Source of the DNA: Camelus dromedarius
Taxonomy: Eukaryota
Direction of reading: 5' to 3'
Assembly (NCBI RefSeq): GCF_036321535.1
Contig: NC_087436.1
Coordinates: 992,001 to 1,056,000, forward strand
DNA length: 64,000 bases
Under the pieces are notes generated by a model, which worked only from the letters and a program-made list of their open reading frames with translations, did no database searches and was not told the origin of the DNA. Position 1 is the stretch's first letter, and each line of letters begins with the position of its first letter. Position numbers and translations under genes: made by a program. Positions 1 through 12,900 of this stretch are shown in pieces.

Positions 1-3000
1 AAGTTCCTGCAGTTTTCACTGTAAAACCGAGTTGGAGCTTCTACCTCCCCATATATATGTTTGGAATGGAGTTTGCAACTTAAAAGAAACTTTGTGTTCC
101 CAACAAGCTAGGTGAAGGACGGCTTTCACACACACTTATCTCTCAGAACAGACCAAGTTGAGAGACGTTCGTTCATCTAGCACCAAGGGAACGGGATGCA
201 GGGGACACTTTTTCTCTGCTTTCTCAGTCTGTTTCCTAGTGCCGGTTTGAAGTTCCTGCAGTTTTCACTGTGAAACCGAGTTGGAGCTAGTACCTCCCCA
301 TATATATGTATGGAATGGAGTTTGCAACTGAAAAGAAACTTTGTGTTCCCAACAAGCTAGTTGAAGGTCGGCTGTCACACGCACATATCTCTCAGAACTG
401 AGCAAGTGGAGAGACGTTCGTTCATCTAGCACCAAGGGAACGGGTTGGAGGAGACACTTTTTCTATGCTTCCTCAGTCTGTTTCCTAGTGCCGGTTTGAA
501 GTTCCTGCAGTTTTCACTGTAAAACCGGGTTGGAGCTTGTACCTCCCCATATATATGTATGGAATGGAGTTTGCAACTGAAAAGAAACTTTGTGTTCCCA
601 ACAAGCTAGGTGAAGGACGGCTTTCACACACAGTTATCTCTCAGAAATGAGCAAGTGGAGAGACGTTCGTTCATCTAGCACCAAGGGAACGGGTTGCAGG
701 AGACACTTTTTCTCTGCTTTCTCAGTCTGTTTCCTAGTGCCGGTTTGAAGTTCCTGCAGTTTTCACTGTCAAACAGAGTTGGAGCTAGTACCTCCCCATA
801 TATATGTATGGAATGAAGTTTGCAACTGAAAAGAAACTTTGTGTTCCCAACAATCTAGGTGAAGGACGGCTTTCACACACACTTATCTCTCAGAACAGAG
901 CAAGTGGAGAGACGTTCGTTCATGTAGCACCAAGGGAACGGGTTGCAGGAGACACTTTTTCTCTGCTTTCTCAGTCTGTTTCCTAGTGCCGGTTTGAAGT
1001 TCCTGCAGTTATCACTGTCAAACCGAGTTGGAGCTAGTACCTCCCCATATATATGTATGGAATGGAGTTTGCAACTGAAAAGAAACTTTGTGTTCCCAAC
1101 AAGCTAGTTGAAGGTCGGCTGTCACACGCACATATCTCTCAGAACTGAGCAAGTGGAGAGACGTTCGTTCATCTAGCACCAAGGGAACGGGTTGGAGGAG
1201 ACACTATTTCTATGCTTCCTCAGTCTGTTTCCTAGTGCCGGTTTGAAGTTCCTGCAGTTTTCACTGTAAAACCGGGTTGGAGCTTGTACCTCCCCATATA
1301 TATGTATGGAATGGAGTTTGCAACTGAAAAGAAACTTTGTGTTCCCAACAAGCTAGGTGAAGGACGGCTTTCACACACAGTTATCTCTCAGAAATGAGCA
1401 AGTGGAGAGACGTTCGTTCATCTAGCACCAAGGGAACGGGTTGCAGGAGACACTTTTTCTCTGCTTTCTCAGTCTGTTTCCTAGTGCCGGTTTGAAGTTC
1501 CTGCAGTTTTCACTGTCAAACAGAGTTGGAGCTAGTACCTCCCCATATATATGTATGGAATGAAGTTTGCAACTGAAAAGAAACTTTGTGTTCCCAACAA
1601 TCTAGGTGAAGGACGGCTTTCACACACACTTATCTCTCAGAACAGAGCAAGTGGAGAGACGTTCGTTCATGTAGCACAAAGGGAACGGGTTGCAGGAGAC
1701 ACTTTTTCTCTGCTTTCTCAGTCTGTTTCCTAGTGCCGGTTTGAAGTTCCTGCAGTTATCACTGTCAAACCGAGTTGGAGCTAGTACCTCCCCATATATA
1801 TGTATGGAATGGAGTTTGCAACTGAAAAGAAACTTTGTGTTCCCAACAAGCTAGGTGAAGGACGGCTTTCACACACACTTATCTCTCAGAACTGAGCAAG
1901 TGGAGAGACGTTCGTTCATGTAGCACCAAGGGAACGGGTTGCAGGAGACATTTTTTCTCTGCTTCCTCAGTCTGTTTCCTAGTGCCGGTTTGAAGTTCCT
2001 GCACTTTTCACTGTAAAACCGTGTTGGAGCTTGTACCTCCCCATATATATGTATGGAATGGAGTTTGCAACTGAAAAGAAACTTTGTGTTCCCAACAAGC
2101 TAGGTGAAGGACGGCTTTCACACACACTTATCTCCCAGAACTGAGCAAGTGGAGAGACGTTCGTTCATCTAGCACCAAGGGAACGGGTTGCAGGAGACAC
2201 ATTTTCTCTGCTTTCTCAGTCTGTTTCCTAGAGCCGGTTTGAAGTTCCTGCAGTTTTCCCTGTAAAACCGAGTTGGAGCTTCTACCTCCCCATATATATG
2301 TATGGAATGGAGTTTGCAACTGAAAAGAAACTTTGTGTTCCCAACAAGCAAGGTGAAGGACGGCTTACACACACACTTATTTCTCAGAACTGAGCAAGTG
2401 GAGAGACTTTCGTTCATCTAGCACCAAGGGAACGGGTTGCAAGAGACACTTTTTCTCTGCTTTCTCAGTCTTTTTCCTAGTGCCGGTTTAAATTACCTGC
2501 AGTTTTCACTGTCAAACCGAGTTGGAGCTAGTACCTCCGTATATATATGTATGGAATTGAGTTGGCAACTGAAAAGAAACTTTGTGTTCCCAACAAGCTA
2601 GGTGAAGGACGGCTTTCACACACACTTATCTCTCAGAACTGAGCAAGTGGAGAGACGTTCTTTCATGTAGCACCAAGGGAACGTGTTGCAGGAGACACTT
2701 TTTCTCTTCTTCCTCAGTCTGTTGCCTAGTGCCGGTTTGAAGTTCCTGCAGTTTTCACTGTAAAACCGTGTTGGAGCTTGTACCTCCCCATATATATGAA
2801 TGGAATGGAGTTTGCAACTGAAAAGATACTTTGTGTTCCCAACAAGCTAGGTGAATGATGGCTTTCACACACACTTATCTCTCAGAACTGAGCAAGTGGA
2901 GAGACGTTCGTTCATCTAGCACCAAGGGAACGGGTTGCAGGAGACACTTTTTCTCAGCTTTCTCAGTCTGTTTCCTAGTGCCGGTTTGAAGTTCCTGCAG

Positions 3001-6000
3001 TTTTCACTGTAAAACCGAGTTGGAGCTTCTACCTCCCCATATATATGTTTGGAATGGAGTTTGCAACTTAAAAGAAACTTTGTGTTCCCAACAAGCTAGG
3101 TGAAGGACGGCTTTCACACACACTTATCTCTCAGAACAGACCAAGTTGAGAGACGTTCGTTCATCTAGCACCAAGGGAACGGGTTGCAGGGGACACTTTT
3201 TCTCTGCTTTCTCAGTCTGTTTCCTAGTGCCGGTTTGAAGTTCCTGCAGTTTTCACTGTGAAACCGAGTTGGAGCTAGTACCTCCCCATATATATGTATG
3301 GAATGGAGTTTGCAACTGAAAAGAAACTTTGTGTTCCCAACAAGCTAGTTGAAGGTCGGCTGTCACACGCACATATCTCTCAGAACTGAGCAAGTGGAGA
3401 GACGTTCGTTCATCTAGCACCAAGGGAACGGGTTGGAGGAGACACTTTTTCTATGCTTCCTCAGTCTGTTTCCTAGTGCCGGTTTGAAGTTCCTGCAGTT
3501 TTCACTGTAAAACCGGGTTGGAGCTTGTACCTCCCCATATATATGTATGGAATGGAGTTTGCAACTGAAAAGAAACTTTGTGTTCCCAACAAGCTAGGTG
3601 AAGGACGGCTTTCACACACAGTTATCTCTCAGAAATGAGCAAGTGGAGAGACGTTCGTTCATCTAGCACCAAGGGAACGGGTTGCAGGAGACACTTTTTC
3701 TCTGCTTTCTCAGTCTGTTTCCTAGTGCCGGTTTGAAGTTCCTGCAGTTTTCACTGTCAAACAGAGTTGGAGCTAGTACCTCCCCATATATATGTATGGA
3801 ATGAAGTTTGCAACTGAAAAGAAACTTTGTGTTCCCAACAATCTAGGTGAAGGACGGCTTTCACACACACTTATCTCTCAGAACAGAGCAAGTGGAGAGA
3901 CGTTCGTTCATCTAGCACCAAGGGAACGGGTTGCAGGAGACACTTTTTCTCTGCTTTCTCAGTCTGTTTCCTAGTGCCGGTTTGAAGTTCCTGCAGTTTT
4001 CACTGTCAAACCGATTTGGAGCTAGTACCTCCCCATATATATGTATGGAATGGAGTTTGCAACTGACAAGAAAATGTGTTCAAAACAAGCTAGGTGAAGG
4101 ACGGCTTTCATACGCACATATCTCTCAGAACTGAGCAAGTGGAGAGACGTTCGTTCATCTAGCACCAATGGAACGGGTTGCAGGAGACACTTTTTCTCTG
4201 CTTTCTCAGTCTGTTTCCTAGTGCCGGTTTGAATTTCCTGCAGTTTTCACTGTAAAACCGAGTTGGAGCTTCTACCTCCCCATATATATGTATGGAATGG
4301 AGTTTGCAACTGAAAAGAAACTTTGTGTTCCCAACAAGCAAGGTGAAGGACGACTTTCACACGCACATATCTCTCAGAACTGAGCAAGTGGAGAGACGTT
4401 CGTTCATCTAGCACCAAGGGAACGGGTTGCAGGAGACACTTTTTCTCTGCTTCCTCAGTCTTTTTCCTAGTGCCGGTTTGAAGTTCCTGCAGTTTTCACT
4501 GTAAAACCGAGTTGGAGCTTCTACCTCCCCATATATATGTATGGAATGGAGTTTACAACTGAAAAGAAACTTTGTGTTCCCAACAAGCTAGGTGAAGGAC
4601 GGCTTTCACACACACTTATCTCTCAGAACAGAGCAAGTGGAGAGACGTTCGTTCATCTAGCACCAAGGGAACGGGTTGCAGGAGACACTTTTTCTCTGCT
4701 TTCTCAGTCTGTTTCCTAGTGCCGGTTTGAAGTTCCTGCAGTTTTCACTGTCAAACCGATTTGGAGCTAGTACCTCCCCATATATATGTATGGAATGGAG
4801 TTTGCAACTGAAAAGAAACTTTGTGTTCCCAACAATCTAGGTGAAGGACGGCTTTCACACGCACATATCTCTCAGAACTGAGCAAGTGGAGAGACGTTCT
4901 TTCATGTAGCACCAAGGGAACGGGTTGCAGGAGACACTTTTTCTCTGCTTTCTCAGTCTGTTTCCTAGTGCCGGTTTGAAGTTCCTGCACTTTTCACTGT
5001 CAAACCGAGTTGGAGCTAGTACCTCCCCATATATATGTATTGAATGGAGTTTGCAACTGAAAAGAAACTTTGTGTTCCCAACAACCTAGGTGAAGGACGG
5101 ATTTCACACATTTATCTCTCAGAACTAAGCAAGTGGAGAGAAGTTCGTTCATCTAGTACCAAGGGAATGGGTTGCAGGAGACACTTTTTCTCTGCTTTCT
5201 CAGTCTGTTTCCTAGTGCCGGTTTGAAGTTCCTGCAGTTTTCACTGTCAAACCGAGTTGGAGCTAGTACCACCCCATATATATGTATTGAATGGAGTTTG
5301 CAACTGAAAAGAAACTTTGTGTTCCCAACAACCTAGGTGAAGGACGGATTTCACACATTTATCTCTCAGAACTAAGCAAGTGGAGAGACGTTCGTTCATC
5401 TAGTACCAAGGGAATGGGTTGCAGGAGACACTTTTTCTCTGCTTTCTCAGTCTGTTTCCTAGTGCCGGTTTGAAGTTCCTGCAGTTTTCACTGTGAAACC
5501 GCGTTGGAGCTAGTACCTCCCCATATATATGTATGGAATGGAGTTTGAAACTGAAAAGAAACTTTGTGTTCCCAAAAAGCTAGGTGAAGGACGGCTTTCA
5601 CACGCACTTATCTCTCAGAACTGAGCAAGTGGAGAGACGTTCGTTCATCTAACACCAAGGGAACGGGTTGCAGGAGACACTTTTTCTCTGCTTTCTCAGT
5701 CTGTTTCCCAGTGCCGGTTTGAAGTTCCTGCAGTTTTCACTGTGAAACCGAGTTGGAGCTAGTACCTCCCCATATATATGTATGGAATGGAGTTTGCAAC
5801 TGAAAAGAAACTTTGTGTTCCCAACAAGCTAGTTGATGTTCGGCTGTCACACGCATATATCTCTCAGAACTGAGCAAGTGGAGAGACGTTCGTTCATCTA
5901 GCACCAAGGGAACGGGTTGGAGGAGACACTTTTTCTCTGCTTCCTCAGTCTGTTTCCTAGTGCCGGTTTGAAGTTCCTGCAGTTTTCACTGTAAAACCGG

Positions 6001-6964
6001 GTTGGAGCTTGTACCTCCCCATATATATGTATGGAATGGAGTTTGCAACTGAAAAGAAACTTTGTGTTCCCAACAAGCTAGGTGAAGGACGGCTTTCACA
6101 CACAGTTATCTCTCAGAAATGAGCAAGTGGAGAGACGTTCGTTCATCTAGCACCAAGGGAACGGTTTGCAGGAGACACTTTTTCTCTGCTTTCTCAGTCT
6201 GTTTCCTAGTGCCGGTTTGAAGTTCCTGCAGTTTTCACTGTCAAACAGAGTTGGAGCTAGTACCTCCCCATATATATGTATGGAATGAAGTTTGCAACTG
6301 AAAAGAAACTTTGTGTTCCCAACAAGCTAGGTGAAGGACGGCTTTCACACACACTTATCTCTCAGAACAGAGCAAGTGGAGAGACGTTCGTTCATCTAGC
6401 ACCAAGGGAACGGGTTGCAGGAGACACTTTTTCTCTGCTTTCTCAGTCTGTTTCCTAGTGCCGGTTTGAAGTTCCTGCAGTTTTCACTGTCAAACCGATT
6501 TGGAGCTAGTACCTCCCCATATATATGTATGGAATGGAGTTTGCAACTGAAAAGAAACTTTGTGTTCCCAACAATCTAGGTGAAGGACGGCTTTCACACG
6601 CACATATCTCTCAGAACTGAGCAAGTGGAGAGACGTTCTTTCATGTAGCACCAAGGGAACGGGTTGCAGGAGACACTTTTTCTCTGCTTTCTCAGTCTGT
6701 TTCCTAGTCCCGGTTTGAAGTTCCTGCAGTTTTCACTGTCAAACCGAGTTGGAGCTAGTACCTCCCCATATATATGTATTGAATGGAGTTTGCAACTGAA
6801 AAGAAACTTTGTGTTCCCAACAACCTAGGAGAAGGACGGATTTCACACATTTATCTCTCAGAACTAAGCAAGTGGAGAGACGTTCGTTCATCTAGTACCA
6901 AGGGAATGGGTTGCAGGAGACACTTTTTCTCTGCTTTCTCAGTCTGTTTCCTAGTGCCGTTTTG
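1..6964. repeat. Satellite sub-domain with variants A-O (order A-B-C-D-B-C-D-E-F-G-H-I-A-B-C-D-J-K-L-M-N-N-O-B-C-D-M-N)
   Basis: Diagnostic markers: A gtttggaat/aacttaaa/gaccaagttg; B tagttgaaggtcggctgt/ttggagg; C ccgggtt/cacagtt/gaaatg; D caaacagag/atgaagtt; N tattgaat/aacaacc/ggatttcacacattt (247 bp). Confidence 0.85.
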
Positions 6965-9900
6965 AAGTTCCTGCCGTTTTCACTGTAAAACCGAGTTGGA
7001 GCTTCTACCTCCCCATATATATGTATGGAATGGAGTTTGCAACTGAAAAGAAACTTTGTGTTCCCAACAAGCTAGGTGAAGGACGGCTTTCACACGCACT
7101 TATCTATCAGAACTGAGCAAGTGGAGAGACGTTCGTTCATTTAGCACCAAGGGAACGGGTTGCAGGAGACACTTTTTCTCTGCTTTCTCAGTCTGTTTCC
7201 TAGTGCCGGTTTGAAGTTCCTGCAGTTTTCACTGTCAAACGGTGTTGGAGCTAGTACCTCCCCATATATATGTATGGAATGGAGTTTGCATCTGAAAAGA
7301 AACTTTGTGTTCCCAACAAGCTAGGTGAAGGACGGCTTTCACACACACTTATCTCTCAGAACTGAGCAAGTGGAGAGACGTTCGTTCATCTAGCACCAAG
7401 GGAACGGGTTGCAGGAGACACTTTTTCTCTGCTTTCTCAGTCTGTTTCCTAGTCCCGGTTTGAAGTTCCTGCAGTTTTCACTGTCAAACCGAGTTGGAGC
7501 TTGTACCTCCCCATATATATGTATGGAATGGAGTCTGCAACTGAAAAGAAACTTTGTGTTCCCAACAAGCTAGGTGAAGGACGGCTTTCACACACACTTA
7601 TCTCTCAGAACAGAGCAAGTGAAGAGACGTTCGTTCATCTAGCACCAAGGGAACGGGTTGCAGGAGACACTTTTTCTCTGCTTTCTCAGTCTGTTTCCTA
7701 GTGACGGTTTGAATTTCCTTCAGTTTTCACTGTAAAACCGAGTTGGAGCTGGTACCTCCCCATATATATTTATGGAATGGAGTTTGCAACTGAAAAGAAA
7801 CTTTGTGTTCCCAACAAGCTAGGTGAAGGACGGCTTTCACACACACTTATCTCTCAGAACTGAGCAAGTGGAGAGACGTTCGTTCATCTAGCACCAAGGG
7901 AACAGGTTGCAGGAGACACTTTTTCTCTGCTTTCTCAGTCTGTTTCCTAGTGCCGGTTTGAAGTTCCTGCAGTTTTCACTGTAAAACCGAGTTGGAGCTA
8001 GTACCTCCCCATATATATGTATGGAATGGAGTTTGCAACTGAAAAGAAACTTTGTGTTCCCAACAAGCTAGGTGAAGGACGGCTTTCACACACACTTATC
8101 TATCAGAACTGAGCAAGTGGAGAGACGTTCGTTCATTTAGCACCAAGGGAACGGGTTGCAGGAGACACTTTTTCTCTGCTTTCTCAGTATGTTTCCTAGT
8201 GCCGGTTTGAAGTTCCTGCAGTTATCACTGTCAAACGGTGTTGGAGCTAGTACCTCCCCATATATATGTATGGAATGGAGTTTGCATCTGAAAAGAAACT
8301 TTGTGTTCCCAACAAGCTAGGTGAAGGACGGCTTTCACACACACTTATCTCTCAGAACTGAGCAAGTGGAGAGACGTTCGTTCATCTAGCACCAAGGGAA
8401 CGGGTTGCAGGAGACACTTTTTCTCTGCTTTCACAGTCTGTTTCCTAGTCCCGGTTTGAAGTTCCTGCAGTTTTCACTGTCAAACCGAGTTGGAGCTTGT
8501 ACCTCCCCATATATATGTATGGAATGGAGTCTGCTACTGAAAAGAAACTTTGTGTTCCCAACAAGCTAGGTGAAGGACGGCTTTCACACACACTTATCTC
8601 TCAGAACAGAGCAAGTGAAGAGACGTTCGTTCATCTAGCACCAAGGGAACGGGTTGCAGGAGACACTTTTTCTCTGCTTTCTCAGTCTGTTTCCTAGTGA
8701 CGGTTTGAATTTCCTTCAGTTTTCACTGTAAAACCGAGTTGGAGCTGGTACCTCCCCATATATATTTATGGAATGGAGTTTGCAACTGAAAAGAAACTTT
8801 GTGTTCCCAACAAGCTAGGTGAAGGACAACTTTCACACACACTTATCTCTCAGAACTGAGCAAGAGGAGAGACGTTCGTTCATCTAGCACCAAGGGAACA
8901 GGTTGCAGGAGACACTTTTTTTCTGCTTTCTCAGTCTGTTTCCTAGTGCCGGTTTGAAGTTCCTGCAGTTTTCACTGTAAAACCGAGTTGGAGCTAGTAC
9001 CTCCCCATATATATGTATGGAATGGAGTTTGCAACTGAAAAGAAACTTTGTGTTCCCAACAAGCTAGGTGAAGGACGGCTTTCACACACACTTATCTCTA
9101 AGAACTGAGCAAGTGGAGAGACGTTCGTTCATCTAGCACCAAGGGAACGGGTTGCAGGAGACACTTTTTCTCTGCTTTCTCTGTATGTTTCCTAGTGCCG
9201 GTATGAAGTTCCTGCATTTTTCACTGTAAAATCGAGTTGGAGCTTCTACTCCCCATATATATTTATGGAATGGAGTTTGCAACTGAAAAGAAACTTTGTG
9301 TTCCCAACAAGCAAGTTGAAGGACGGCTTTCAAACACACTTATCTCTCAGAACTGAGCAAGTGGAGAGACGTTCGTTCATCTAGCACCAAGGGAACGGGT
9401 TGCAGGAGACACTTTTTCTCTGCTTTCTCAGTCTGTTTCCTAGTGCCGGTTTGATGTTCCTGCAGTTTTCACTGTAAAACCGAGTTGGAGCTAGTACCTC
9501 CCCATATATATATATGGAATGGAGTTTGCAACTGAAAAGAAACTTTGTGTTCCCAACAAGCTAGGTGAAGGACGGCTTTCACACACAGTTATCTCTCAGA
9601 AATGAGCAAGTGGAGAGACGTTCGTTCATCTAGCACCAAGGGAACGGGTTGCAGGAGACACTTTTTCTCTGCTTTCTCAGTCTGTTTCCTAGTGCCGGTT
9701 TGAAGTTCCTGCAGTTTTCACTGTCAAACAGAGTTGGAGCTAGTACCTCCCCATATATATGTATGGAATGAAGTTTGCAACTGAAAAGAAACTTTGTGTT
9801 CCCAACAAGCTTGGTGAAGAGCGGCTTTCACACACACTTATCTCTCCGAACTGAGCAAGTGGAGAGACGTTCGTTCATCTAGCACCAAGGGAACGGGTTG

Positions 9901-12900
9901 CAGGAGACACTTTTTCTCTGCTTTCTCAGTCTGTTTCCTAGTGCCGGTTTGAAGTTCCTGCAGTTATCACTGTAAAACCGAGTTGGAGCTTCTACCTCCC
10001 CATATATATGTATGGAATGGAGTTTGCAACTGAAAAGAAACTTTGTGTTCCCAACAAGCTAGGTGAAGGACGGCTTTCACACACACTTATCTCTCAGAAC
10101 TGAGCAAGTGGAGAGACGTTCGTTCATCTAGCACCAAGGGAACGGGTTGCAGGAGACACTTTTTCTCTGCTTTCTCAGTCTGTTTCCTAGTGCCGGTTTG
10201 AAGTTCCTGCAGTTTTCACTGTGAAACCGCGTTGGAGCTACTACCTCCCCATATATATGTATGGAATGGAGTTTGAAACTGAAAAGAACCTTGTGTTCCC
10301 AAAAAGCTAGGTGAAGGACGGCTTTCACACGCACTTATCTCTCAGAACTGAGCATGTGGAGAGACGTTCGTTCATCTAACACCAAGGGAACGGGTTGCAG
10401 GAGACACTTTTTCTCTGCTTTCTCACACTGTTTCCTAGTGCCGTTTTGAAGTTCCTGCCGTTTTCACTGTAAAACCGAGTTGGAGCTTCTACCTCCCCAT
10501 ATATATGTATGGAATGGAGTTTGCAACTGAAAAGAAACTTTGTGTTCCCAACAAGCTAGGTGAAGGACGGCTTTCACACGCAATTATCTATCAGAACTGA
10601 GCAAGTGGAGAGACGTTCGTTCATTTAGCACCAAGGGAACGGGTTGCAGGAGACACTTTTTCTCTGCTTTCTCAGTCTGTTTCCTAGTGCCGGTTTGAAG
10701 TTCCTGCAGTTTTCACTGTCAAGCGGAGTTGGAGCTAGTACCTCCCCATATATATGTATGGAATGGAGTTTGCATCTGAAAAGAAACTTTGTTTTCCCAA
10801 CAAGCTAGGTGAAGGACGGCTTTCACACACACTTATCTCTCAGAACTGAGCAAGTGGAGAGACGTTCGTTCATCTAGCACCAAGGGAACGGGTTGCAGGA
10901 GACACTTTTTCTCTGCTTTCTCAGTCTGTTTCCTAGTGCCGGTTTGAAGTTCCTGCAGTTTTCACTGTCAAACCGAGTTGGAGCTTGTACCTCCCCATAT
11001 ATATGTATGGAATGGAGTTTGCAACTGAAAAGAAACTTTGTGTTCCCAACAAGATAGGTGAAGGACGGCTTTCACACACACTTATCTCTCAGAACAGAGC
11101 AAGTGGAGAGACGTTCGTTCATCTAGCACCAAGGGAACGGGTTGCAGGAGACACTTTTTCTCTGCTTTCTCAGTCTGTTTCCTAGTCCCGGTTTGAAGTT
11201 CCTGCAGTTTTCACTGTAAAACCGAGTTGGAGCTGGTACCTCCCCATATATATGTATGGAATGGAGTTTGCAACTGAAAAGAAACTTTGTGTTCCCAACA
11301 AGCTAGGTGAAGGACGGCTTTCACACACACTTATCTCTCAGAACTGAGCAAGTGGAGAGACGTTCGTTCATCTAGCACCAAGGGAACAGGTTGCAGGAGA
11401 CACTTTTTCTCTGCTTTCTCAGTCTGTTTCCTAGTGCCGGTTTGAAGTTCCTGCAGTTTTCACTGTAAAACCGAGTTGGAGCTAGTACCTCCCCATATAT
11501 ATGTATGGAATGGAGTTTGCAACTGAAAAGAAACTTTGTGTTCCCAACAAGCTAGGTGAAGGACGGCTTTCACACACACTTATCTCTAAGAACTGAGCAA
11601 GTGGAGAGACGTTCGTTCATCTAGCACCAAGGGAACGGGTTGCAGGAGACACTTTTTCTCTGCTTTCTCTGTATGTTTCCTAGTGCCGGTATGAAGTTCC
11701 TGCATTTTTCACTGTAAAATCGAGTTGGAGCTTCTACTCCCCATATATATTTATGGAATGGAGTTTGCAACTGAAAAGAAACTTTGTGTTCCCAACAAGC
11801 TAGTTGAAGGACGGCTTTCACACACACTTATCTCTCAGAACTGAGCAAGTGGAGAGACGTTCGTTCATCTAGCACCAAGGGAACGGGTTGCAGGAGACAC
11901 TTTTTCTCTGCTTTCTCAGTCTGTTTCCTAGTGCCGGTTTGATGTTCCTGCAGTTTTCACTGTAAAACCGAGTTGGAGCTAGTACCTCCCCATATATATG
12001 TATGGAATGGAGTTTGCAACTGAAAAGAAACTTTGTGTTCCCAACAAGCAAGTTGAAGGACGGCTTTCACACACACTTATCTCTCAGAACTGAGCAAGTG
12101 GAGAGACGTTCGTTCATCTAGCACCAAGGGAACGGGTTGCAGGAGACACTTTTTCTCTGCTTTCTCAGTCTGTTTCCTAGTGCCGGTTTGATGTTCCTGC
12201 AGTTTTCACTGTAAAACCGAGTTGGAGCTAGTACCTCCCCATATATATGTATGGAATGGAGTTTGCAACTGAAAAGAAACTTTGTGTTCCCAACAAGCTA
12301 GGTGAAGGACGGCTTTCACACACAGTTATCTCTCAGAAATGAGCAAGTGGAGAGACGTTCGTTCATCTAGCACCAAGGGAACGGGTTGCAGGAGACACTT
12401 TTTCTCTGCTTTCTCAGTCTGTTTCCTAGTGCCGGTTTGAAGTTCCTGCAGTTTTCACTGTCAAACAGAGTTGGAGCTAGTACCTCCCCATATATATGTA
12501 TGGAATGAAGTTTGCAACTGAAAAGAAACTTTGTGTTCCCAACAAGCTTGGTGAAGAGCGGCTTTCACACACACTTATCTCTCCGAACTGAGCAAGTGGA
12601 GAGACGTTCGTTCATCTAGCACCAAGGGAACGGGTTGCAGGAGACACTTTTTCTCTGCTTTCTCAGTCTGTTTCCTAGTGCCGGTTTGAAGTTCTGCAGT
12701 TATCACTGTAAAACCGAGTTGGAGCTTCTACCTCCCCATATATATGTATGGAATGGAGTTTGCAACTGAAAAGAAACTTTGTGTTCCCAACAAGCTAGGT
12801 GAAGGACGGCTTTCACACACACTTATCTCTCAGAACTGAGCAAGTGGAGAGACGTTCGTTCATCTAGCACCAAGGGAACGGGTTGCAGGAGACACTTTTT

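Noticed and set aside
49..135. TATA-box promoter and CA microsatellite
   Set aside because: The atatatat and cacacacac runs are only 4-5 units inside the monomer, with no downstream gene. They were not called as separate features.
167..196. CENP-B box (core TTCGnnnnAnnCGGG)
   Set aside because: TTCG and aaCGGG both occur but are separated by 20 nt instead of 7. I found no correctly spaced core on either strand.
1..249. Primate alpha satellite or pJ-alpha motif identity
   Set aside because: Only short look-alike words occur (tctcagaa, ctttgtg, ttttcac), and the period is 249, not 171 or 342. A family assignment needs a database search.
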